NCBI GenBank assembly: GCA_016839265.1
Contig: JAEOUO010000004.1
Span: 1 to 32,000, forward strand
Reading direction: 5' to 3'
DNA length: 32,000 bases
From: Candidatus Odinarchaeota archaeon
GTDB lineage: Archaea > Asgardarchaeota > Odinarchaeia > Odinarchaeales > Odinarchaeaceae
The translations under genes and the position numbers were made by a program. The stretch's first letter is position 1. Each line of letters opens with the position of its first letter. This document shows, one piece after another, positions 18,347-27,252 of this stretch. A model generated the notes under the pieces. The model was given only the letters and a program-made list of their open reading frames with translations. It was not told the origin of the DNA and made no database searches.

Positions 18347-19798
18347 TTAAGCTGCAAGCTTCTTCAGAAACTTAGCGCATAAAGCAGCTTCATCCAGTGT
18401 CTTCTTCAACTCTCCCTCTTTTAATTCATAATCTTCTACTGTGAGCTCGCCGATTTCTTTTTTAGCTTTCAACAATTCTAATTCTTTTTTCAAAACATCG
18501 CTTAAACTATTTAAATCCGTAAGCTGCTTCTCCACGAATTTTTTAAATAACACGTTTTTCTCTTCAAGACGGGCTAGTTTCTCAGAATACTCTTTTTTTA
18601 CTTGAAGGTAGGCGCTTTCACTAATCTTGCCTTCTCTTCTACGCTCCTCTAATACTTTAAGTCTTTTTTCTAATGTAAGCGTTTCTTGAACAGCACCCTC
18701 CCCTGGTAGCCTCTTATACTCTGAGTTTAAATCCCGCTCTAATTTATTTAATTCATCTATCTCGTTTTTAATTTTCTGAAGTTCAACTCTTAATTGTTTT
18801 AGATCTCCTCCAGCGTCTATTTTTAAAAGAATCCCATCTAGTATCTTCTCATATTTTCTTTTAGTAGCCTTCAATCTTTCAAGATGCTCTCTTAACAATA
18901 CCTGTTTTTTTAAAACGTTAAATGAGACCTCTTCTTCTTTAAGCTCTTCAATTATTAAGCGTGGTTTGATTTCAACCAGCCGCCGACCCTCCTCTACTAT
19001 GCTTTTCAACCCGGTTCTCGGCGTGGCTCCTAAATCTTTTATTCTTAAAACTCTAGCTTTAATCCGTTTCACTTCTCCTTTTGAATAGAAAATAAACTCT
19101 TTATTCAAATTCATCAAATTATTTTCATCTAAGCCGAGATTTCTAATATATGTGTTTAACGCGTTTAAATCCGCAGGCTCCTGGTGTCGTCCGAAAAACC
19201 TTATATTACACTGGCTGATAACCTTCTTACTGATATCCGCCGGTCTCTGAGTAACCCATATAGAGTGCAACCCCCTCTTTCGACCTCTCTTCGCTACCTC
19301 CATAGAAAGATCTAAGAGTCTACTATACCCCCCTCTCTCCGGGGCGATTATATGAGCTTCCTCCACTGCTAAAACACACGGCTTTTTCTCTAAACTAGCT
19401 GTTTTAAAAACGGCTTCAAGAATCAGTGAATGTGTTTGAATCTGCTCGGAGGAGAGCAAATCCGAGGTGTCGAATAATAGGATTTGAAACTCCCCGCTGT
19501 AAACGCGCTTCACTATTTGAATAGCGGATTCAAGGTTAAATCCTTCAAAGGATAGGTCTCCGCGGTTACCGCCTATAATAAGAGAAGAATACCAGTCTTT
19601 AAAAGCAGTATACTCCCCTTCAGGGTCTATTACAATAATAGGTATTTTTAAATCAGCTAATTCTTCTAAGATCACCTTAGCAAGATAGCTTTTCCCGCTA
19701 CCAGACTGACCTGTGATGAAAACTCGGAGCCCCTCCTCCTCATAACTGTTTAAATCAATCTGACAGTTTACACCGATATTTAAAATCAATAAAACCAT
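18347..19798 (-). CDS. HerA/FtsK-like (DUF87) ATPase with C-terminal CdvA-like coiled coil
   Basis: GQSGSGKS, IDPEGEY, VEEAH, RGRKRG, TQRP; the C-terminal ~200 aa are helical with two G[KE][IL][ST]xxxY motifs. Confidence 0.8.
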   Translation of the reverse strand: MVLLILNIGVNCQIDLNSYEEEGLRVFITGQSGSGKSYLAKVILEELADLKIPIIVIDPEGEYTAFKDWYSSLIIGGNRGDLSFEGFNLESAIQIVKRVYSGEFQILLFDTSDLLSSEQIQTHSLILEAVFKTASLEKKPCVLAVEEAHIIAPERGGYSRLLDLSMEVAKRGRKRGLHSIWVTQRPADISKKVISQCNIRFFGRHQEPADLNALNTYIRNLGLDENNLMNLNKEFIFYSKGEVKRIKARVLRIKDLGATPRTGLKSIVEEGRRLVEIKPRLIIEELKEEEVSFNVLKKQVLLREHLERLKATKRKYEKILDGILLKIDAGGDLKQLRVELQKIKNEIDELNKLERDLNSEYKRLPGEGAVQETLTLEKRLKVLEERRREGKISESAYLQVKKEYSEKLARLEEKNVLFKKFVEKQLTDLNSLSDVLKKELELLKAKKEIGELTVEDYELKEGELKKTLDEAALCAKFLKKLAA

Positions 19799-19882
19799 CT
19801 CAGAATGCTAATCTGAAAATAAATATTTTTTTGTTGAAATAATAGTTTTCACGTTTAAATTAATCTTTCTAAACGATAAAAT

Positions 19883-20536
19883 TCAACACGATTTTAATCT
19901 TTTAACTAAGTTTAAAACACGTCGCTGAAAATCATTTAAATCTTTCACCGTGAACCTACCGGCTTTAACACCATCCCTGTCTAAATAATAGGATTTAACC
20001 CCCAGCTTTCTAGGAATCAAATAATCTTGAATCCAGTTATCCCCTACATGCGCAACCTTATTCGCATCCACCTTCAACTCCATGCATACACGTTTAAAAA
20101 CCCCTGGATCACTCTTCGTTGAATTAAAATCAGTTGAAGCTGAGAACACCCTCCTAAAATATTTTCTAATACGCTTAGTAGTTCGCTCCAAAAACTCCAC
20201 AGCGGAGTTCGAGACAATAATCAAATCAAATCTCTCAGCTAAACCCTCTAAAACCCTCTCAACCTCAGGGTAATAGGAGATAACACCCTCATACTTATTT
20301 AAAACCTCCTCGTAACCTGTTAAACCGAATCTATCAAACCAGTAACTTATCTGATACCATTCTACGCGTTGATCCCCAACCTTCTCATACTCCCCTATAA
20401 TAAACTTCTTAGCCTCCTCGAAGCTAACCCCTTTTTTATCAGCATACAAGCAGGGAATCGCCTCCTCCCAGATTAAATCAGCATATCTTCTAGTCGCTAA
20501 AGTCCCGTCCACGTCAAAAGATAAAACCTTCACCAT
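19883..20536 (-). CDS. HAD-superfamily hydrolase
   Basis: FDVDGTL motif I, VSNS motif II, KSDP motif III, HVGDN..QD motif IV. Alternative TTG start at 20545. Confidence 0.9.
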   Translation of the reverse strand: MVKVLSFDVDGTLATRRYADLIWEEAIPCLYADKKGVSFEEAKKFIIGEYEKVGDQRVEWYQISYWFDRFGLTGYEEVLNKYEGVISYYPEVERVLEGLAERFDLIIVSNSAVEFLERTTKRIRKYFRRVFSASTDFNSTKSDPGVFKRVCMELKVDANKVAHVGDNWIQDYLIPRKLGVKSYYLDRDGVKAGRFTVKDLNDFQRRVLNLVKRLKSC

Positions 20537-20634
20537 AACATCCAACCACTAATAGTTTTCTATAAACCCGGCTTATAATATAAACCCCATAAGCGAAAAT
20601 AGAGCATAAACACTTATAAAATCTTAGACTACAA

Positions 20635-20665
20635 AAAACAATTATAAAAAATTAAAAAATAAAAG
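20635..20665 (-). terminator. Oligo-T terminator downstream of the RAM-domain gene
   Basis: The minus strand reads TTTTATTTTTTAATTTTTTATAATTGTTTTTT right after the stop codon. Confidence 0.45.
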
Positions 20666-20667
20666 TT

Positions 20668-20898
20668 TTAGAACGGCAGAGTAATAGAACTTAACGTTCG
20701 AGTAACACCTGGAATCCCCTGAATCTTCTCAATAATACCCTTAATACCCTCCATGTCATCCGCAGCAATCCTGACAATAATATCATACGGCCCTGTAATA
20801 GCGTAATACTCTTTAACACCGTCAATACCCTTCAACTTCTCTAAAACATCATGAATCTTACCAGTCTCAACCTCAACCAACATAAAAACAATCGCCAT
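20668..20898 (-). CDS. Stand-alone Lrp/AsnC ligand-binding (RAM) domain protein
   Basis: 76 aa; VKEYYAITGPYDIIV and IPGVTRTLSSI; GGTGA SD; no HTH. Confidence 0.88.
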   Translation of the reverse strand: MAIVFMLVEVETGKIHDVLEKLKGIDGVKEYYAITGPYDIIVRIAADDMEGIKGIIEKIQGIPGVTRTLSSITLPF

Positions 20899-20921
20899 AA
20901 AAGATCACTCACCAAACATCA

Positions 20922-20987
20922 TTTTCAACTCTCAAAGTGTGAGAACTCAAACAATAACCTCGAAATCTCACACTCCAAGAGCGAAAA
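20922..20987 (-). other. Long G-U-rich RNA hairpin upstream of the RAM-domain gene
   Basis: Perfect 9-bp inverted repeat AGTGTGAGA (20936-20944) / TCTCACACT (20966-20974), extended on both sides by Watson-Crick and G-U pairs; the G-U pairs exist only on the minus strand. Confidence 0.5.
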
Positions 20988-21200
20988 ACTTTATACTATA
21001 ATAACAATAATTAGCAATATAATCTTATCGTTACCTATGTTCATAATTTCTCATTCAATTTTTAAACCAATTATATAAAAATGCTTTTATTCCAGACATA
21101 AAATTTGAATTATAAGAATGTGCAATTTCCCTAAAACGTGAAGATAGATTTTAGCGAGTTAAAACGTATTGAAATTTTAGTAATATAGAATTATTTTAAA

Positions 21201-22331
21201 TTATTTGCTTTTTCCTTTTACTGGTTCAAGATAGTTTTTTATCAAGTAGTTCCAGATCCGTTTTTCTTTCACCTCGATAAGTGTCACCTGCTTTCCCAAT
21301 ATTTTGATTATTTTCTTATCCGCTTTTCGAGGCCATTCCTCATACCATCTATACTTAACGTTTATTTGATGAGCGTAAGTTACGCTCTTCGATTTATTAT
21401 AATAGTACTTAGATTCTTTAGTCACTTCAGCTATCCCTAAAACTCTGCACGCCGAATAAATAATGAAAACATCTCCCTCCGAGATTTGATTTTTGAAATT
21501 CCAGAGCTGATCGGTGGTATATTTTATTTTAGTCTTTTCACCCCAAACTCTTTTAGCCTGTCGAGCAACTTCCCGTTTAAGTTCACTATATGAACTGAAA
21601 CGTTTGAGGTCTCCCACTTCATTCCATCCAATAGCTACGAATCCATCACCATTATCTTTAATAAATTGGAGCCATTCACTTTTCCAATATCGCGCCTTCT
21701 TGCCAGGGGAGATTTTCCAAATTTTTTTAGGCTGGGGGCTTATTAATTTCTCTTTTATTTGAACAGGTGATGGCAAAGTATCTTCTTCACCCTTTATTTT
21801 AGAAGCTCTCTCGCTTATTTTGTTAGTTGCACTTGTATATTTTTTAACATCATCTTGAGTTAGATCTGGAGCCGTGTCAAAATAAAATTTGAAAAATTTT
21901 TCTGCATCTTTTAGAAATTCATTGTTTTTCTCTTCTATTTTTACTAGTACATTTGCTTCCGCATTTTTACTCTGCGCAGCCTTAGTGAGGTTTGAAGAGC
22001 CGACCACTATAAATATCGACTCTCCATAGATTATGAACAGTTTTGGGTGAAAACCACGATTATCCCATCTTCTTATAGTGACCCCTTTTTTAGTTGAAAG
22101 CGTTAATAGAGTTTCCGCAGCCTCTTTATCTGTAATTCCAAGTTTACTAGATAAACCAAACACTATTCTTAGTTAACCACCTCTTTTAATCAACGAGTTA
22201 AAGCTTTCCATCAGCGCTTGTAACCCGCTTTCTTTTACATAGGCTATTGCAACATCTACTCTAGTTGATTGACTAATTAATTTCGGTAGTTCCTCAGCCA
22301 GTGAAGGTCCGTCAAGAAATTTTATCTCCAT
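21201..22331 (-). pseudogene. PLD-family nuclease fused to EVE/PUA-like domain, interrupted by an in-frame TAA
   Basis: The frame continues upstream of the track ORF: MEIKFLDGPSLAEELPKLISQSTRVDVAIAYVKESGLQALMESFNSLIKRGG*LRIVFGLSS..., with TAA at 22173-22175. HPK...VGSSNLT PLD motif; C-terminal IWKISPG..YW..AIGW..GDL. Confidence 0.8.
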
Positions 22332-22471
22332 AAAAACCCCCATCTTTATCTTTTACTATAATTTAAATTTATAACTTTTAAATAATTTTTATAGTTTCAA
22401 AATCCTTGATGATTTTTATAAAGAAGACCGCTAATTGTCTCATAGAAATTTATTGATTTATGTGGAATATT

Positions 22472-23524
22472 CTATTTAACTTCTAAAGTTAAATCGTTTT
22501 CTTGATATCCAAATAATGTCAGAATCTTTTTTGAAAGTTTAACAATAGCATTAGCACTAAGATTAGTTTCTACGTAAATATCTGTATTACTTATTTTTTC
22601 TGGGTGCCTTAACTCATTAGAATTTTTAGAAAAATACGGTCTCTTTTTTCCTACCAAATTCAATACCATCCCAAATTGGTTTCTATGAGACAAAAACATG
22701 ATTTCACATATCTTAATCAACATTCCTACCCACGATTTTACTGGATATTTTTCACTCCTAAAAGTAAACGAGATAATCGACTTTCCCGTGTATTCTTCTT
22801 TTTCAGAAATTATAGGGGGGGCTGCCACTTTTGTTTTTGATGGTTTTACTAGTGTGGGGGTAGTAATAGTTTTTAAAAACTGTGCAATTGCTTCGCTATC
22901 TGGTTTATAACCGCATATTTTTTCTGTTGTAACAGACAAAAGTTCAACTAAAATCTCATCCTGCTCTTTTATGATCTTTTCCCAAGCTTTAGGAATACTT
23001 TCTTCAATTAATTCCTGTTTTCGTCGGTTTTTATAGATATTTTCAGCATTTTCTACAGCTTTACTAGAAATTATATTTTGCTTTGCAAGAAACATTTCAA
23101 ATTTCTCTGCTATGTCTTTCGCGTCTTGTTCGCATAAATCAATGTTATAAAATTTTCTCTGCTCCCAACTTCCTTCAGTTAAAGGTAGATAAAACCACCA
23201 GCTGATCCCATTAGTGAGGATTGCAAGCTTAACCCCTTCTTTAAATGAATATTTTAAAAGCTGATCTTGATGTTTTTCTAAATCTTCACCAGGCTTCTTG
23301 ACTTCAATAAAAACCTTGTTTTTATCACCACACCTGAGAGCGTAATCCACTTTACCGGCTTCAATAGGATATTCAGGATAAACCTCGTCTATATTATAAA
23401 AATTCCAACCCAAACAATCTAAAATTTTCAAAACCACAGCCTGCTTAACAGCCGCCTCATCAAAAAAACTAAGTCTACTATCTTGTTGAAAACTATTTAT
23501 TAAATCAAATAACCTTTCATTCAT
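22472..23524 (-). CDS. HsdR N-terminal-type PD-(D/E)xK nuclease with SeqA-like C-terminal domain
   Basis: EVYPEY, VDYAL, FIEVKK, QLLKY catalytic motifs; C-terminal GKKRPYFS..ELRHP.KI..TDIYVETNLSA. Confidence 0.75.
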   Translation of the reverse strand: MNERLFDLINSFQQDSRLSFFDEAAVKQAVVLKILDCLGWNFYNIDEVYPEYPIEAGKVDYALRCGDKNKVFIEVKKPGEDLEKHQDQLLKYSFKEGVKLAILTNGISWWFYLPLTEGSWEQRKFYNIDLCEQDAKDIAEKFEMFLAKQNIISSKAVENAENIYKNRRKQELIEESIPKAWEKIIKEQDEILVELLSVTTEKICGYKPDSEAIAQFLKTITTPTLVKPSKTKVAAPPIISEKEEYTGKSIISFTFRSEKYPVKSWVGMLIKICEIMFLSHRNQFGMVLNLVGKKRPYFSKNSNELRHPEKISNTDIYVETNLSANAIVKLSKKILTLFGYQENDLTLEVK

Positions 23525-23838
23525 CCTATCAAATCCTTAACTCTGTATGTCTTTTAAATATATACTTTTAAAATTATTTATATAAAATTTCTATGATTTC
23601 TATTTTATTAAACTGATTAATTTAATTTGCGCTATTACTTAGTTATAAACTTTTATAAATAAAATATTAATACTCCCAGCTAATAATTTTAATCAAATCT
23701 ATTAAATTTTTAAATCTTAACTGTTACTTAGCGTTTGATAAAAAACTATTTTTATAGAATATAAGTTAAGTATGATCCTTTACCATGTTAATAAAAAATT
23801 ATTTAATGTTGAAGAACTCTTTTATTAATGGGGATTAA

Positions 23839-26800
23839 ATGACATTTACGCTGACAGAACCTACGGCGGCTTCTGAAATTAAGGAGCTTATTAATCAGAT
23901 TATTCAGGAGGAGAATTTACCTTTAGACTCAGCAAAAGTGGAGTTAATGGATTCTAGAGGGCATAGACCCGACATAATTATATTCGATCGATTAAATAAA
24001 CCAATATGCGCTATAGAAGTAAAACGTCCTTTTATATCCCCGTATCAAATTGAATTATTTGAACAAGCATTACAATACGCTAACACTGAAGGAATCCGTT
24101 TCTTCGCAACTTTTAATTTTAACACTCTCGTATTATGGGAGACATTTAAAGAAGGGGTTCCAATTAGGGATAGACGATATAAAGAATATTTTACCGCTGA
24201 TATAATTGATTTACACGATCTTCTACAGCTCTCAGTCAAGAATAATATCAAAAAGGGTCTTAGAGAATTTTTACAAGACTTAGTAAAACTTCAAGTGGCT
24301 AAAAAGACCGAGGAGATTCTGCCGACTCTTGAATTTGATAAAATCTTCATTGACTATCTTCATTCCCTTTTGAACTCAATGAAAATCCCTTTAGTTACTG
24401 AACTCAATAAAAAACTTGATATTGATCCTGTTTTTAAAAATAAACTCTTAGAATGGTTAACTACACAAGGATGGGATTCTACATATATAGATGTTAAGGG
24501 CGTAATAGATGTTGTAGCCCGCCAGTATATTTTACTTCTCTTAAATAAGATAATGTTTTATAAAATTTTAAGCTCACGTTATAAAGAGATAAGACCACCT
24601 AATTACAAGCTTTTAAGTCTCCCAGATGAGTTACCTACATTGAAAATACCTGAAGATATCACTGATGGTGGTAATTTACAGCGCATTTTAAAGAGTTTTT
24701 TTGAAAAAGTTCTGCTCATAGACTATGAAACAATCTACGAATCCGATTTCCTGGATGAGATTAAACTACCAGACCCCCTTGTGTCACCTATAAGAATACT
24801 TGTAAATGAATTTGATAAATATGATTTCACCAAGATTGACTATGAGGTGCTCGGGAATATTTTCGAACGGCTAATACCTGAAAAAGATCGTCATCTACTA
24901 GGCCAATACTTCACAAGATCGGATGTGGTTGACCTAATTGTTGCCAGCTGCGTTAAAAATAAAAATGATGTTATTCTCGATCCTGCTTGCGGGGCAGGGA
25001 CATTTTTAATCCGCGCCTATTCCCGCTTAAAATATCTTGGTGCTGAAGGTCCTCACAGTAGTTTTCTAAATAAATTATGGGGTATAGATATAGCTAAATT
25101 CCCAGCCCACTTAACCACAATTAATCTTGCTATAAAAGATTTATCGGAAAGAAATAATTATCCAAGAGTGATCTGCTCAGATTTCTTCAAAGTTTCACCA
25201 GGGACCAAGATTTACTCACCTTATTTTATAACTGAAGGATTAGATAAAAAAAATTCCCGGCATGAACTCCCCTCGTTTAATGTAGTTATGACCAATCCCC
25301 CTTATACACGGCAGGAGGAGATGGAGGAGAAACTTGAAGAAGGATATAAGAATACCGTAATAGAATTAATAGCAAAAGAAACTGGGATGACACTAGGTAA
25401 AAGAAGCAGTATTTACGCTTACTTTTTCCTGCATGGAAGCGTTTTTCTAGGCGATGGAGGTAGGCTTGGTTTAATCACATCAAACTCTTGGCTTGATGTA
25501 GACTACGGTAAATATTTACAAGAATTTTTCTTAAAGAATTTTAAAATAAAATATATAATCGACTCTAAAGTAGAAAGATTTTTCGAAGACGCAGATATTA
25601 ACACAGCGATAACAATCCTTGAGAAATGCAGAAATCAAGAGGAGCGCGATAATAATATTGTGAAATTTGTAGAGTTGAGAAAGAAGTTGCCTGAAGTTCT
25701 CTCATATTTTGGTGACCACGACACTGAATACGAGAAATGGACGGATAAAGAAAGATGGGCGGCTGTAGATAAATTTTTAGCATACCTCGATAAAATAAGC
25801 GGCATCACTATAAATGAAGAAATAGGAGTAAGAGTCTACCCTAAAAATCAGAGAGAATTATATGAAGAAGGCCTTGAAGAGGGAAAATATGCCGGCTCAA
25901 AATGGGGTAAATATATTAAAGCCCCAGATATCTTCTTTAAAATATTAGAAAAAGGAAAAGACTTATTTATTCCTCTAAAAGATATTGCGGATATTACAGG
26001 AGGAATTATAACAGGTAAAAATAATTTTTTCTATCTTAGAGAGAGTCAGATAAGAAACTTTGGAATAGAAGAAAAATTCTTGATTCCAGTGATTAAAACT
26101 CCTAAGGAATTAGGAAAAATTTATTTTACTAAAAAAGATCTGAAATACAAGTTGTTCTTTGTTACGGAGGAAAGAAATAATATTAAAGGAACTAATGCAT
26201 TAAAATATATTGAATATGGTGAAAAACAAGGATTCAACACTAACCCAACATTCAAAGCGCGAAAACATTGGTACCAAATACCAGAATTGAAACAAGCTGA
26301 ACTATTATGGATTGATTTAAGAGGGGAAAAACATATTTGCCATTTGAACGTCGATAATGTACCATTTGAACATAATTTCTATGGTATAAATCCAAAAAAA
26401 ATAAATAAAGAACTCTTATGCGCCTATCTAAACAGCACTCTTTCTTGGTTATTTATAGAAGTACTTGGTAGAAGCAGTTTAGGAGAGGGTGCAATAAGGT
26501 TGGTTGGACAGGATCTTAAAAATTTTCCTACAATATTGCTTAAAGAGGGGGTGCCCGACTCTTTAAAGATTCAAAAGATTTTTGATAAACTAAAACACAG
26601 GGAGATTGAAAGCGTGTTTAAAGAAGTCGGCGCGAATAAACCCGAAGAAGTTTCCTTAGAAAAAGTTAACCAAGATGTAAGGGAACTTGATAAGGTAATA
26701 ATTGGTGAAATTTTAGGTTTAACTGATGAAGAACAATTAGAGGTTTACAGGGCGGTTGTTGACCTTGTTAAGTCGAGGATAGAAAAAGCCAAGAGCGTTG

Positions 26801-27252
26801 AGAGAAAAAGCAATAAAGAAGAGTTTTCCACGAACATAGACCAGATAAAAGACATAGTTTTGCATGGAATAGACAAGACAATAGTAGATGATGTGAAAAA
26901 GTTTATTCCAGAAAATTATGATAATAGAGTGATTGAAATTAAAGCTTCGAAGAGTATTGAGGTTAAAGTTGATTTGCACGGTAAATTTAAGTTGGTAAGT
27001 GGTGAAGAAGAAGTTGAATTCTCTACTTTAGAGGAGGCTGAATATGCTAGATATATGTTGATGAGAGGTAAAGAGAGGATGGTAATTCCAAGAGATACGC
27101 AAATTTTACGTGATGTTCTTGTTAAGTTTAAGAAATTGGATAAGGCGATTAAAAATAGGATCAATGAATATTTGAAACAATTAGTGAGTAAGGAGAAAAA
27201 ACGGAAATTAATAGAAGCTGAATTATATAGGAAGATCTGGGCTGCTTTATAG
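23839..27252 (+). CDS. Type IIG restriction-modification enzyme (nuclease + N6-adenine MTase + TRD)
   Basis: RPDII..AIEVKR and QALQY nuclease motifs; LGQYFT, ILDPACGAGTFL (motif I), NPPY (motif IV), GRLGLITSNSWL; C-terminal TRD; 1137 aa. Confidence 0.88.
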   Translation: MTFTLTEPTAASEIKELINQIIQEENLPLDSAKVELMDSRGHRPDIIIFDRLNKPICAIEVKRPFISPYQIELFEQALQYANTEGIRFFATFNFNTLVLWETFKEGVPIRDRRYKEYFTADIIDLHDLLQLSVKNNIKKGLREFLQDLVKLQVAKKTEEILPTLEFDKIFIDYLHSLLNSMKIPLVTELNKKLDIDPVFKNKLLEWLTTQGWDSTYIDVKGVIDVVARQYILLLLNKIMFYKILSSRYKEIRPPNYKLLSLPDELPTLKIPEDITDGGNLQRILKSFFEKVLLIDYETIYESDFLDEIKLPDPLVSPIRILVNEFDKYDFTKIDYEVLGNIFERLIPEKDRHLLGQYFTRSDVVDLIVASCVKNKNDVILDPACGAGTFLIRAYSRLKYLGAEGPHSSFLNKLWGIDIAKFPAHLTTINLAIKDLSERNNYPRVICSDFFKVSPGTKIYSPYFITEGLDKKNSRHELPSFNVVMTNPPYTRQEEMEEKLEEGYKNTVIELIAKETGMTLGKRSSIYAYFFLHGSVFLGDGGRLGLITSNSWLDVDYGKYLQEFFLKNFKIKYIIDSKVERFFEDADINTAITILEKCRNQEERDNNIVKFVELRKKLPEVLSYFGDHDTEYEKWTDKERWAAVDKFLAYLDKISGITINEEIGVRVYPKNQRELYEEGLEEGKYAGSKWGKYIKAPDIFFKILEKGKDLFIPLKDIADITGGIITGKNNFFYLRESQIRNFGIEEKFLIPVIKTPKELGKIYFTKKDLKYKLFFVTEERNNIKGTNALKYIEYGEKQGFNTNPTFKARKHWYQIPELKQAELLWIDLRGEKHICHLNVDNVPFEHNFYGINPKKINKELLCAYLNSTLSWLFIEVLGRSSLGEGAIRLVGQDLKNFPTILLKEGVPDSLKIQKIFDKLKHREIESVFKEVGANKPEEVSLEKVNQDVRELDKVIIGEILGLTDEEQLEVYRAVVDLVKSRIEKAKSVERKSNKEEFSTNIDQIKDIVLHGIDKTIVDDVKKFIPENYDNRVIEIKASKSIEVKVDLHGKFKLVSGEEEVEFSTLEEAEYARYMLMRGKERMVIPRDTQILRDVLVKFKKLDKAIKNRINEYLKQLVSKEKKRKLIEAELYRKIWAAL

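Noticed and set aside
20851-21078. 75-aa plus-strand ORF over the hairpin/intergenic region
   Set aside because: Its N/H/S/I-rich sequence follows from the local A+C skew; it overlaps the RAM gene antisense and has no SD or motif.
21089-21104. TTCCAGACATAAAA as an ORB element
   Set aside because: Only a partial match to TTCCAGTGGAAA, single copy, no G-string and no cdc6 nearby.
22173-22175. Stop-codon reassignment or programmed read-through of TAA
   Set aside because: TAA terminates many intact genes here (e.g. rbcL, the isomerase, mfnE); no recoding signal was seen.
23839-27252. BREX PglX or DISARM methylase
   Set aside because: No pglZ, brxC, brxL or drm genes nearby, and the protein has its own N-terminal nuclease as in Type IIG enzymes.
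27247-27252. Symmetric overlap of convergent stop codons (TTATAG/CTATAA)
   Set aside because: Short convergent overlaps are routine in this window (3607-3618, 15561-15564, 17813-17816, 29490-29493).
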